This document shows, piece after piece, positions 29,007 through 37,299 of a stretch of DNA of 64,000 nucleotides; position 1 is the stretch's first letter, and every line of letters starts with the position of its first letter. A program made the position numbers and the translations under genes. The stretch is taken from the NCBI GenBank assembly GCA_014297435.1, contig JACOQA010000003.1:96001-160000 (forward strand), written 5' to 3'. The notes under the pieces are model-generated. The model worked only from the letters and a program-made list of their open reading frames with translations, was not told where the DNA came from and made no database searches. Source of the DNA: Candidatus Nanohaloarchaea archaeon. GTDB taxonomy: Archaea > Nanohalarchaeota > Nanosalinia > Nanosalinales > Nanosalinaceae.

Positions 29007-29336
29007 AAAAACCTTAATTTTACACGTTTCTGAAAGAAAGGCATAGCCGGAAGTTTAAGGTTTTTGCGATATTGAAAACCTTAAACTATGTAGCTGGCTG
29101 GTTCTTCTTGTAAAATTCGGTTTTGTCTAGAAGTGTGAAAAAGCGGATTTAATGTTTAAGGTTTTCTAAAATATAACACCATTATATAACACTGTTATAC
29201 TTTAGAAGTACACTTACAGACTCTTAACGTTAATTTTTTGGCGTAATGACTAAACAGTAAAAAACAGCGTTAAAGCCTAAAACCTTAATCTTCGGGGGGT
29301 TGGGGTCTCTAAGAAACGTGTAAAATTAAGGTTTTT
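29007..29336. repeat. 25-bp perfect inverted repeat enclosing alternating AAAACCTTAA boxes (candidate origin/control region)
   Basis: AAAAACCTTAATTTTACACGTTTCT at 29007-29031 and its reverse complement at 29312-29336; six AAAACCTTAA copies. Confidence 0.85.
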
Positions 29337-29347
29337 AGCACGGACTT

Positions 29348-29368
29348 AATTATAACGCCGTTATAATT
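29348..29368. promoter_or_regulatory. Palindromic operator upstream of the structural operon
   Basis: AATTATAAC-GCC-GTTATAATT; related sites at 29172-29186, 29185-29199 and 36480-36494. Confidence 0.65.
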
Positions 29369-29379
29369 TAGGACTAACT

Positions 29380-29814
29380 ATGAAACTATCAAACTTAACT
29401 CCCGGAAATTCGGACAGCTCCGGGGCGTTACTCGATTCCGGTGGTCGGGTCGCTGGTTCAATATTTCTTTTAGCGACTATGGCTCTTTTTGGCGGATTCG
29501 AACACGTCACGGGGTATTTAACTAGCGAGGCTTTTACTGTAGCCGGAGTTACCATGCTTTGGGCAGAAGTGGCGGTTATAGCGACTTCACTCTACGCGGT
29601 TGCTAACGCACAGACGACAAAGACAGGTATAAGCACGGCAGGAGCAACTTTACTTGTTTCAAGCGTGGCTTTTGTCTTTTCGAGCGGCTTGACTTCTTGG
29701 GTTAGTGGTTCTGCATCCAAGAGTCTTTTAATAACGGCTATTACGGCAGTAATCTATATAGCAACTATTGAAGGACGAGAGATAGGAGGTGCTGTGAAAA
29801 ATGTCACGAACTAA
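29380..29814 (+). CDS. Proviral multi-TM membrane protein (pleolipovirus VP3-like internal membrane protein)
   Basis: 144 aa, ~4 hydrophobic segments, first gene of the structural block. Confidence 0.65.
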   Translation: MKLSNLTPGNSDSSGALLDSGGRVAGSIFLLATMALFGGFEHVTGYLTSEAFTVAGVTMLWAEVAVIATSLYAVANAQTTKTGISTAGATLLVSSVAFVFSSGLTSWVSGSASKSLLITAITAVIYIATIEGREIGGAVKNVTN

Positions 29815-30826
29815 ACTGATCTTCGGCTCACTTGCCGTCCTAAGCCTCATAGGAATGGTTTCGACATCAACCGCCTACCTTTCAGCAACCGACAGCGGAT
29901 ACGACACCAGCAACTACATAACGATCACAGAACCGATCAACAAGACCACAGTTTTCTACGGCGATCTAGAACAAGGAGAAAGCGACACAATAAGTTTTGA
30001 AGCAACTGTAGACCTTCAAGCAATCGCAAACGACAAAGGCTACAATTCCCCAAGCGACTTGCATGTTGGAGCCGTAGTAGCCAACGGATTCGGAGACAAC
30101 CAAACAACCGCAAGCCTAGACAGCTACGGAACCATAAACAGAAACCTAACAAACGGAACGATGACAGTAACCGGTCAAATGCCACTTTACAACCTTAAAG
30201 ACCAGTTAGGAGACGCATTATGGAGCGAAGGCTACGGCTTCACAATATCGGCATTCAACGCCACGGACGGCTTCACAGAAGCCGACCTCACAAAGCTTGA
30301 AGCACGACATTCACACGCCTTCAAACTTGAAAGAGCACAAGACACACTCTTACAAGCAAACACCACAGAATCATGGAATTCAGCGGTCGAGACAACCACA
30401 GACTTCAAGTTTGAGAACGATTCAGCGAAAGCAACAAGCAAAAACGCATCACTACAGTTTAATGAAGTTCCAGCACAGATTTACGAAAGCCTAGAGATCG
30501 AAGTAAGCAAACAGGACGCCAACTCGAACGTAGACGCACAGATCGAATACCTCAACACCGGAAACAGCCGGACGGAAGCACTTAGTGACGGGTTGAACAC
30601 AATCGACCCGAATGTTCCGGACAACACGGAAGAGGTAAGAATCAGCATAGAAACCGACTCAGAGAACGTATCAATCGACTCTGTCAATCTATACGGCAGA
30701 TTCGACAATCTACAACTTACGCCTATAGGAGCTATAGGCGGTTCGGAGATCCCGATCATTTCAGATCTGTTGAACGGTCTGGAAAATCTGTTTAACGCGG
30801 TCTTGGAGTGGATTCCTTTCGTATGA
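29801..30826 (+). CDS. Proviral exported glycoprotein (second spike/receptor-binding candidate)
   Basis: Signal peptide, S/T/N/D-rich ectodomain with many N-x-S/T sequons, hydrophobic/amphipathic C-terminus. Confidence 0.65.
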   Translation: MSRTKLIFGSLAVLSLIGMVSTSTAYLSATDSGYDTSNYITITEPINKTTVFYGDLEQGESDTISFEATVDLQAIANDKGYNSPSDLHVGAVVANGFGDNQTTASLDSYGTINRNLTNGTMTVTGQMPLYNLKDQLGDALWSEGYGFTISAFNATDGFTEADLTKLEARHSHAFKLERAQDTLLQANTTESWNSAVETTTDFKFENDSAKATSKNASLQFNEVPAQIYESLEIEVSKQDANSNVDAQIEYLNTGNSRTEALSDGLNTIDPNVPDNTEEVRISIETDSENVSIDSVNLYGRFDNLQLTPIGAIGGSEIPIISDLLNGLENLFNAVLEWIPFV

Positions 30827-32307
30827 AGCGAAAGGTCGCCACTCTGACCCTAATTTCTCTTATCCTCATCAGCACCGCATCAGCCTTAGCTTTATCTTCT
30901 GTTGCCGTAGCCTCAGGTATTGGAGTTTGTGCTATTGATGCAGTTGCCGGAGACGGATGTTTCGGATTCGGCGGAGACGGAGAAATTGACGGAGCAACAC
31001 CAGACGAAGTTAAAAACAGCATATACGGCAACGGAGTATTTAGGGAAGATCAAAGACAACGCATGGTTACGCAGGTTTCTAGCTATGCGAATCAGAGCTA
31101 CGGAGTTTCGATGGGTCAAGCCAAAATGTACGGCATAGAAGCCCACAACAACGGTTCAGCGAAATCTGTAGCCTATAACAAGATCCAGAGCGAGGTAAAC
31201 GACTTTTACGCAACATATCAGCTTTCACTTATCAGAGACAGAAACACCGAAGCCCTCAAGTTCAACGAATCACTTAACACGATCCAAGCAACGAATGAAC
31301 TCAGCACAGAAGATGTTTTCAGAGTCAAAGCATCCTCTGACAGCCACTCAGGAAACGTCCATAATGCCGAGATCGTCGAGGAATCGGTAACTCTAGTCAA
31401 CGGATCAGAAATTAAAAGTTATCAAGTAAACGTAAGTTTCACAGATGGTTATACAGATAGTGAGATTGTTGAAGAGGTCTACACAGAACTAGGCAAGTTT
31501 AAGAGCGACCTATCCGATCCCGAAGCAGTCATCGGCAAGGACAGCGATGGCGATACTGCAAGATTTCTTGATAACAGCGATTACAGCGAAGCATGGAACG
31601 AAATTAACGGACATCGCCAAAGAGCGATTGACAACGTGAACAACGTCATCGACAAGGTTTACAGCCAGTACGACCCCGGAGAAATCGATTTGAAGGACAC
31701 GATGACCCCACTAGAACTCTTACAGACAGCATCAACCAACTACGAGGACACGGGCTATTACGGCTATGCGTCCCTTTCGTTGGAGTACATGGGTCTTTCA
31801 AGCAACGAAAGCTATGCGTTCAACGTGACATGGAACAACCAAGGTGTAGACGAGAAAACCGGGCACGGACAGTTATTTGTCAACAAGGACGACTTTAGCA
31901 ACGGTCTCGAAGTTGACACGACTTATGACGCATCGAATCGACCGGCTTGGTTCGTCCACAGCAACGACAACGGAAAAGCCCAAACAACACGCCTCAACGG
32001 CACTTTCACAATCAACGAAATGACAGACACGGAAACAGGCGAAACTGTGAACAGTACAGGCGTACAAAGCACAAAGTTAGTGACGACAAACACGACCAAG
32101 CTTGAAGAACAGCTTTCAGAACTACGAGAGGACATGAAAGACCTTCAAGGCGGCGGAATCACCCCAGTTGTCGATGGATTCACGGACTGGGTTTCTGGCG
32201 TGTTCGGAAGCCTAAAGAAAGGAATTGGAGCATTAGTTATCGTCCTTGCCGGTCTAGCGGCTTTAAGCTCCGGCGTTGGAAGAAACTCGGGAGGAGGCGA
32301 TAACTAG
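30823..32307 (+). CDS. Proviral spike/fusion protein (pleolipovirus VP4-like)
   Basis: ~494 aa, signal peptide followed by a hydrophobic Gly/Ala segment, coiled coil then C-terminal TM; position in the block. Confidence 0.7.
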   Translation: MKRKVATLTLISLILISTASALALSSVAVASGIGVCAIDAVAGDGCFGFGGDGEIDGATPDEVKNSIYGNGVFREDQRQRMVTQVSSYANQSYGVSMGQAKMYGIEAHNNGSAKSVAYNKIQSEVNDFYATYQLSLIRDRNTEALKFNESLNTIQATNELSTEDVFRVKASSDSHSGNVHNAEIVEESVTLVNGSEIKSYQVNVSFTDGYTDSEIVEEVYTELGKFKSDLSDPEAVIGKDSDGDTARFLDNSDYSEAWNEINGHRQRAIDNVNNVIDKVYSQYDPGEIDLKDTMTPLELLQTASTNYEDTGYYGYASLSLEYMGLSSNESYAFNVTWNNQGVDEKTGHGQLFVNKDDFSNGLEVDTTYDASNRPAWFVHSNDNGKAQTTRLNGTFTINEMTDTETGETVNSTGVQSTKLVTTNTTKLEEQLSELREDMKDLQGGGITPVVDGFTDWVSGVFGSLKKGIGALVIVLAGLAALSSGVGRNSGGGDN

Positions 32308-32309
32308 AA

Positions 32310-32825
32310 ATGAAGGTGAAAAAACCCGCCTTCATGCTTCTCTTCTTTATTGCTCTTATATCTGGAGGACTAGCCCAGTCTTCAAACTCCTCTTCTTCTT
32401 TTGAAGACTCTTCAATTATCAGTATTGATGAAACAACAAAGATTGTAAACACGACATGGGGTTCTAACGGAGTTAAAATTGTTTTCGATTCCGAAATACC
32501 TAAACTAATCAGTATTACAGATGTTAATAGTATTTCAAGTACTGGAGCGTCGACAGTAAACTTTAAGCGTACTAGATTATCGCCCGGAATGACTACAGTA
32601 CGGATGGATTTAACTATGAAAAGAGGTGACATGAAGGCTATAATAGGATCAGGTAAAACTTTTGTATCAATTTCAAATCCTTCTAAGCCGTTACTTTCCA
32701 ATATAACACGATTAGACTTTTATTTGGAGGGCTTGATGGTTGCCGTCTTTACATCGCTACAAGTAGTTTGGAGGCATAAATGGTACTATTACCGGCTTAA
32801 AAAGGGGCTTAACAGGGTGATTTAA
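32310..32825 (+). CDS. Proviral membrane protein (position of pleolipovirus ORF6/VP8-like)
   Basis: Signal peptide, beta-rich body, C-terminal TM with basic tail. Confidence 0.6.
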   Translation: MKVKKPAFMLLFFIALISGGLAQSSNSSSSFEDSSIISIDETTKIVNTTWGSNGVKIVFDSEIPKLISITDVNSISSTGASTVNFKRTRLSPGMTTVRMDLTMKRGDMKAIIGSGKTFVSISNPSKPLLSNITRLDFYLEGLMVAVFTSLQVVWRHKWYYYRLKKGLNRVI

Positions 32826-32830
32826 CTAAA

Positions 32831-33664
32831 ATGGTTTCAATAACTCCAAGCAAAACAGTTAAGCGTAAAAACCCGGACAATAACCGTGAAAAAGTTCATA
32901 AATTTGTTATGGAACATCGAGCGGTTTCCGGGTTTACTATAGCCGGGGTTGTAGCTCTGTTTTTCTTTAAAATAATTCCCTTGCCGTTTATCGGCTTGAT
33001 ACCATCAGGAATTTATAAGATCGGCGTTATGGCAGTAATTGCAAACGTATTAGCTTTTTATCCGTCTAAAAAGATTTTTCAATTCATGAAAACCGACCCA
33101 GTAGACTGGATATTGGAGTTATATATCAATCCGGAGAATGAGAAAACTATAAAGGGTTACACATACTTTAAAGGACGATTTGAGGAAGAATACACTTTTA
33201 AGGAAGGAAGCCCAATTAAAGAGACTAGTAAAAGAGGTAAAGATGTTTATATAGTGAATAATATTGATAAGGAAAATAAAGAGGTTGTAGCTCCAGAACT
33301 TGGAGAATACAACGACATAGAATTTTTATCCAAAGTCGAAACGATTGAAGCCAACCGCTTGAGAAATAGAAAATTAGCAAAAGCCGGAGGAAAGGCTTTA
33401 AGGCGTTTAAGAACCATAGCCGACCGAATGAAAGCCAAGCATTACAATAGAAACCAAAAAAAGGATATAGAAATGGTCGAAGCTGATCCAGAAATGATTC
33501 TGGATGAGGTCGAAGCTGAAATTCCCGAGCTTCTCGGGGATTCGGACGAGGACGAGGACGACACAAGTATTCAAAAAATTTTAAGAGAAGTTGAGAGTCC
33601 ACAAGATGAGTATAACGCCAGTTTAGAGTTCTCGACTGGCTCCGGTGGTGAATCTGATGAGTGA
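32831..33664 (+). CDS. Proviral membrane protein (position of pleolipovirus ORF7-like)
   Basis: Two N-terminal TMs, soluble domain, coiled coil and acidic tail; precedes the NTPase. Confidence 0.6.
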   Translation: MVSITPSKTVKRKNPDNNREKVHKFVMEHRAVSGFTIAGVVALFFFKIIPLPFIGLIPSGIYKIGVMAVIANVLAFYPSKKIFQFMKTDPVDWILELYINPENEKTIKGYTYFKGRFEEEYTFKEGSPIKETSKRGKDVYIVNNIDKENKEVVAPELGEYNDIEFLSKVETIEANRLRNRKLAKAGGKALRRLRTIADRMKAKHYNRNQKKDIEMVEADPEMILDEVEAEIPELLGDSDEDEDDTSIQKILREVESPQDEYNASLEFSTGSGGESDE

Positions 33665-34736
33665 CGTGCTTAGTGGGGATAAGTTGGAAGAACATAAAGT
33701 CTTGATTTCACGGATTCTGCGAGAGGTTCTTAAATCCGACAATAACGACTTGTACGCCTATGAGAATGCCGGGCTTCTAGATCCTGAAGCTCTTGAATAT
33801 CTTTCAAAGTTTGAAAGGTACAACGATTCGGATTATACCAAAGACGAGCGTTACCGTACAGTATTAAAGAGAAACACAAGTAAAAACATTAATGAGGCGA
33901 TTCGAGAGGGCGACATCCATCGCATGGCTCATGCGATTGGGTTAAGCACGGGAGACAAGAAAACGGATTACAGAAAAATTGAGGATGACTTTAAACCGTT
34001 TATAGCCCAAGAAGGTAAAATATACTATATCTCCGGCAACCCTAACAGCGGTAAAACCAATCTCGCGTTGTTTATGGCTGAGTTATGGCGTGAAGAGGTT
34101 GGTGGCGATGTCGCAAGTAATATTTCAAGTGTTAAGGCGTTTAGAACTGTGGAAAGCTTTAAAGAACTTAAAAGCTTCTTTGAAGAACCCGGCGAGAAAT
34201 TCTTTATTGCGGATGACTTTTCAAACCATGCCTCCGGTTATTCTGGCGATAGACAAAAATTTGAACAAAAAATTCGGAAGACGACAAACTTCATAGCCAA
34301 ATACAAGGCTTCTCTAGCCTTCATCGGTCATACAGGAATGGATTTACATGCGGATGCTCGGAGAAAAGCCAGATTTTTGGATAAAAAGAATAAAACGCAT
34401 GTAGATGTATTTAAAGGCGTTAAGAACGGTCAAGGCACGAATAAGAAAATGACCCTTGAATCAATTCCAGAGACTAAACATGGTTATGACCCATATGAGA
34501 AGACTAAATGGGATTGGAACATCGAAGAGGATGGCACGGACGAGAAAGAGATAAGAAAAGAGATTAACGAACGAATCAAAAAACTAGCTCTTCAGAAAAA
34601 CACGATTAAGAGAAGTGACGACCTTGGCGAGTATAAAACACGTTTGGCAAAGCTTGAGATGCGGGATTTTGCCGAAGACTCAAGCGACTGGCGTTTTAAA
34701 ACAAGCCCTCAAAGACTCGAAAAACGCCGTATATAA
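33645..34736 (+). CDS. Proviral P-loop NTPase (pleolipovirus ORF8-like)
   Basis: Walker A GNPNSGKT, Walker B FFIADD; ATG 33657 may be the true start. Confidence 0.8.
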   Translation: MVNLMSDVLSGDKLEEHKVLISRILREVLKSDNNDLYAYENAGLLDPEALEYLSKFERYNDSDYTKDERYRTVLKRNTSKNINEAIREGDIHRMAHAIGLSTGDKKTDYRKIEDDFKPFIAQEGKIYYISGNPNSGKTNLALFMAELWREEVGGDVASNISSVKAFRTVESFKELKSFFEEPGEKFFIADDFSNHASGYSGDRQKFEQKIRKTTNFIAKYKASLAFIGHTGMDLHADARRKARFLDKKNKTHVDVFKGVKNGQGTNKKMTLESIPETKHGYDPYEKTKWDWNIEEDGTDEKEIRKEINERIKKLALQKNTIKRSDDLGEYKTRLAKLEMRDFAEDSSDWRFKTSPQRLEKRRI

Positions 34737-35208
34737 TAAAGGACATATATCTTCGAGCAGATTCTTTATAAAGAATAAGATCTAGATCCTGCCGATAGGT
34801 TTTATACATCCTTTATTCTAGAGTTTTCAGATATCGCAAGATATAACGGCTTTTTCAAAATTTCATAGATGACTCACTCGAACCGGTCAAATCGGCATTT
34901 TTCAGGCTTTGACTATACGTTTTATAGGCATCTCACAAAGGCAAATGTGAAAGTTGGTACATCTCTGGCGTTTAACCATGCCCAATCTAAAAAATGATTT
35001 GTAAGGTCTATATATCGGACATAGAAGCTCCGAGATTCGAGATATAGATTAGAAGATTCAAATTCTTTGAACTTCCCGCAATATCTCATACCAGGAGGGT
35101 TAATCAGGGTCAAAAAATTGAGTATATCAGGATTCCCCGAATGAGCAAAGCAATTATGTCCGAAAGCTGTTTAAATATCCGTGAATATTTCGGTTCAGGG
35201 CGATAACT

Positions 35209-35436
35209 GTGGGAAAAAGGGTTGATATTCCGGTCAAGGACATAGAAGAAGAGTTTAAAAACGTCAGAGAGTTTATTGAAACCGAATACCCGGGTCGTGA
35301 AAGCTATGGAAAGCGTTTTATAGGTAAGAAAGCTTTTAGCATCGCATCAAAGCAGGTTGACGACTGGAAACATGAAACAAAAGACATAAAGGACGACTGG
35401 CATAGCTTAAAGAAAGAAATAGAAGATACAATTTAA
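35209..35436 (+). CDS. Proviral small hypothetical protein
   Basis: 75-aa ORF convergent with the integrase; TTTAAAT upstream. Confidence 0.55.
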   Translation: MGKRVDIPVKDIEEEFKNVREFIETEYPGRESYGKRFIGKKAFSIASKQVDDWKHETKDIKDDWHSLKKEIEDTI

Positions 35437-36407
35437 GCTTTTATTTCTTCTTCTTGAGACCATAGCTTATTCATAGCCTCGTCTAAATCGCTATTAGCCA
35501 TTCTGATGTATTTACGGGCATGTTTAGACCCCTGAACCCAACCAAAAAATTGGCAAATTTGAGGTTGATTAAGACCCTTTTTAGCTAAATATGTCGCTCG
35601 TCCTTTCCTAAAAGCATGGAAGTTTGTTTTACATTCAATACCGCCAGACCGGTCTAAAATATCTTCCATTTGGTTTCTCATACCTTGATAGGTTATAATA
35701 TCATTCTTATTTAGTTTAGTAAAAATATAACTGTCTCTGGACGCGTTAGGATGTTCTTTTTGCCATTTCTTTAGATGCTTGACCGATTCTTTAACAGGAA
35801 CTTTTCTCTTAATTGTTTTTGAGTTAGTAAAGCGGATTTTATGACCTTTTTCAACACTTTGGAGGTCTTTCCATTTAATATGAAGAACCTCAGAGATTCT
35901 ACCCCCAGTTTCCCACAAAACAGAGATAAACGCTTTATCCCTAGGATTAACAGCGTGTTCTTGTAGCTTCTTTACTTGCTCAGGGCATGGTAATTCGTCT
36001 GGATCGGTAAAGGATTGCTCATTTTTCTTTACCATGACTGTAACAAAATCTGTTATCTCAGGGTTTTGTGTGCCTTTATGCCAACTATAGAACTTTTTAA
36101 TTGCTTTTTTATACTCTGCTAGGGTGTGAGGCGAGTAATCCTTTTTATTTATTCTATCTTGGTTGATCTTGCCAACTAAACTTATTATATCCGATCTCTC
36201 AGCTTCTTTAAGTTCAAAGTCTACAATACTCTCCAACGTGTTGAAAGTGGTCATATAACGGCAAATTCTGGATGTACTGAGCCCCTGAGCCATTAAATAG
36301 TCTTTAAAATCCAATATCGCTTCTTTATTAGACCTAGAGTAATTTCCATCTTTGATATTTTGTACCTGACCATTTAGGTCGGAATTTCGATTGTATATTT
36401 CGGACAT
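35433..36407 (-). CDS. int: Tyrosine recombinase/integrase
   Basis: ETGGRISE (R), NSKT (K), HAFRK (H-x-x-R), FGW..GS, KYI (Y); next to attR. Confidence 0.95.
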   Translation of the reverse strand: MSEIYNRNSDLNGQVQNIKDGNYSRSNKEAILDFKDYLMAQGLSTSRICRYMTTFNTLESIVDFELKEAERSDIISLVGKINQDRINKKDYSPHTLAEYKKAIKKFYSWHKGTQNPEITDFVTVMVKKNEQSFTDPDELPCPEQVKKLQEHAVNPRDKAFISVLWETGGRISEVLHIKWKDLQSVEKGHKIRFTNSKTIKRKVPVKESVKHLKKWQKEHPNASRDSYIFTKLNKNDIITYQGMRNQMEDILDRSGGIECKTNFHAFRKGRATYLAKKGLNQPQICQFFGWVQGSKHARKYIRMANSDLDEAMNKLWSQEEEIKA

Positions 36408-36479
36408 ATGTATACCATACCCGATATATTAACTTTTTTATAACCTTTGTTACCTTTAGGTAAAAACACTTATTTCGTC

Positions 36480-36494
36480 AATAACGGCGTTATA
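36480..36494. promoter_or_regulatory. Operator copy upstream of the integrase
   Basis: AATAACGGCGTTATA; its reverse complement matches the 29351-29365 site at 14/15. Confidence 0.6.
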
Positions 36495-36652
36495 CTACGG
36501 TTGTAATATAAAAATCAGGTCAAAAAGTATGTATAGGAGAAAAATGCCTAGGCGGTGTTGTCGCACCCCTAGGCGGCTATTATGGCGTATATGGTGAATA
36601 ACCTATGAATGGATATACAACTCAAAACTTAAAAAACCGACAGGGTTTAACG

Positions 36653-36666
36653 CCCAGCCTCGGCGT
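36653..36666 (+). repeat. attR core
   Basis: CCCAGCCTCGGCGT duplicate of the tRNA-Ser 3' end. Confidence 0.9.
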
Positions 36667-36704
36667 CCCTCCTAGGATTTTCAACAAGAAGCTTAAATTG
36701 AAAC

Positions 36705-37040
36705 CTAATCAGCCAGATATCTATCTAGTTCTGATAATGTAGTCTCAGCAAATTCGACAGCTGCCACACGGTCATTTTCTGTGCTCATAACGGTCATACA
36801 TGGCTCACCAAAACAGTTGATTATAGCAGGCAAATCATTATTCTCTGCAAAATGTTCAAGCTCTCCGACAATAAGATTCCTGGATTCAGGAAAACTTTAC
36901 TCTATAGATTGATGCTCTTCAAAACTACTACCATAGTTCGTGAAGACCTTTAATTCAACATATTCTCCTGAGTTATCAAGCCACGTATCGCTCTCGTAGT
37001 GAGCTACTTTTTCACGTCCATACTCTAAACCCACAACCAC
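36705..37040 (-). pseudogene. Acidic hypothetical gene interrupted by an in-frame TAA
   Basis: 112-codon frame GTG..TAG with one stop at 36897-36899; host-like acidic translation on both sides. Confidence 0.55.
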
Positions 37041-37067
37041 ATATTAACAGCTAAAGTATAAACCGTT

Positions 37068-37286
37068 ATGGCAGGATCACCGCCTTCAAAGATAGAACTG
37101 GAGGAAGCGAAAGTCTACATACACAAGAAGGATGAGAGCTCAGGATCTCAGAACATCCACATAGATGTAGAGTACCCTAAGTTGAACGAGATTATAGAGT
37201 CGGGAGAAAATACGTTTGTAGGCGGAAAGAACGGAGGAGTCTTTATTGTTTTGAAAGATGAAATGATCGAGAGAGCTAGAATTTAG
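37068..37286 (+). CDS. Small hypothetical protein
   Basis: 72-aa ORF. Confidence 0.6.
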   Translation: MAGSPPSKIELEEAKVYIHKKDESSGSQNIHIDVEYPKLNEIIESGENTFVGGKNGGVFIVLKDEMIERARI

Positions 37287-37299
37287 TCGAGAAAAGAGA

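Larger units (their letters stand above)
27448..36666. mobile_element. Integrated pleolipovirus-like provirus (~9.2 kb)
   Basis: 14-bp direct repeat CCCAGCCTCGGCGT at both ends (3' end of tRNA-Ser), tyrosine integrase next to attR, AT-rich flanks, membrane protein-spike-NTPase gene block. Confidence 0.88.

Noticed and set aside
29007-29336. Possible CRISPR mini-array or MITE
   Set aside because: Repeats are 10 bp, alternate in orientation and are irregularly spaced; no cas genes or transposase, and no target-site duplication seen flanking the IR
27448-36666. Conjugative/integrative plasmid or tailed-phage interpretation
   Set aside because: No VirB4-sized ATPase, relaxase, terminase, portal or HK97-type capsid; size and membrane-protein block fit a pleomorphic virus better
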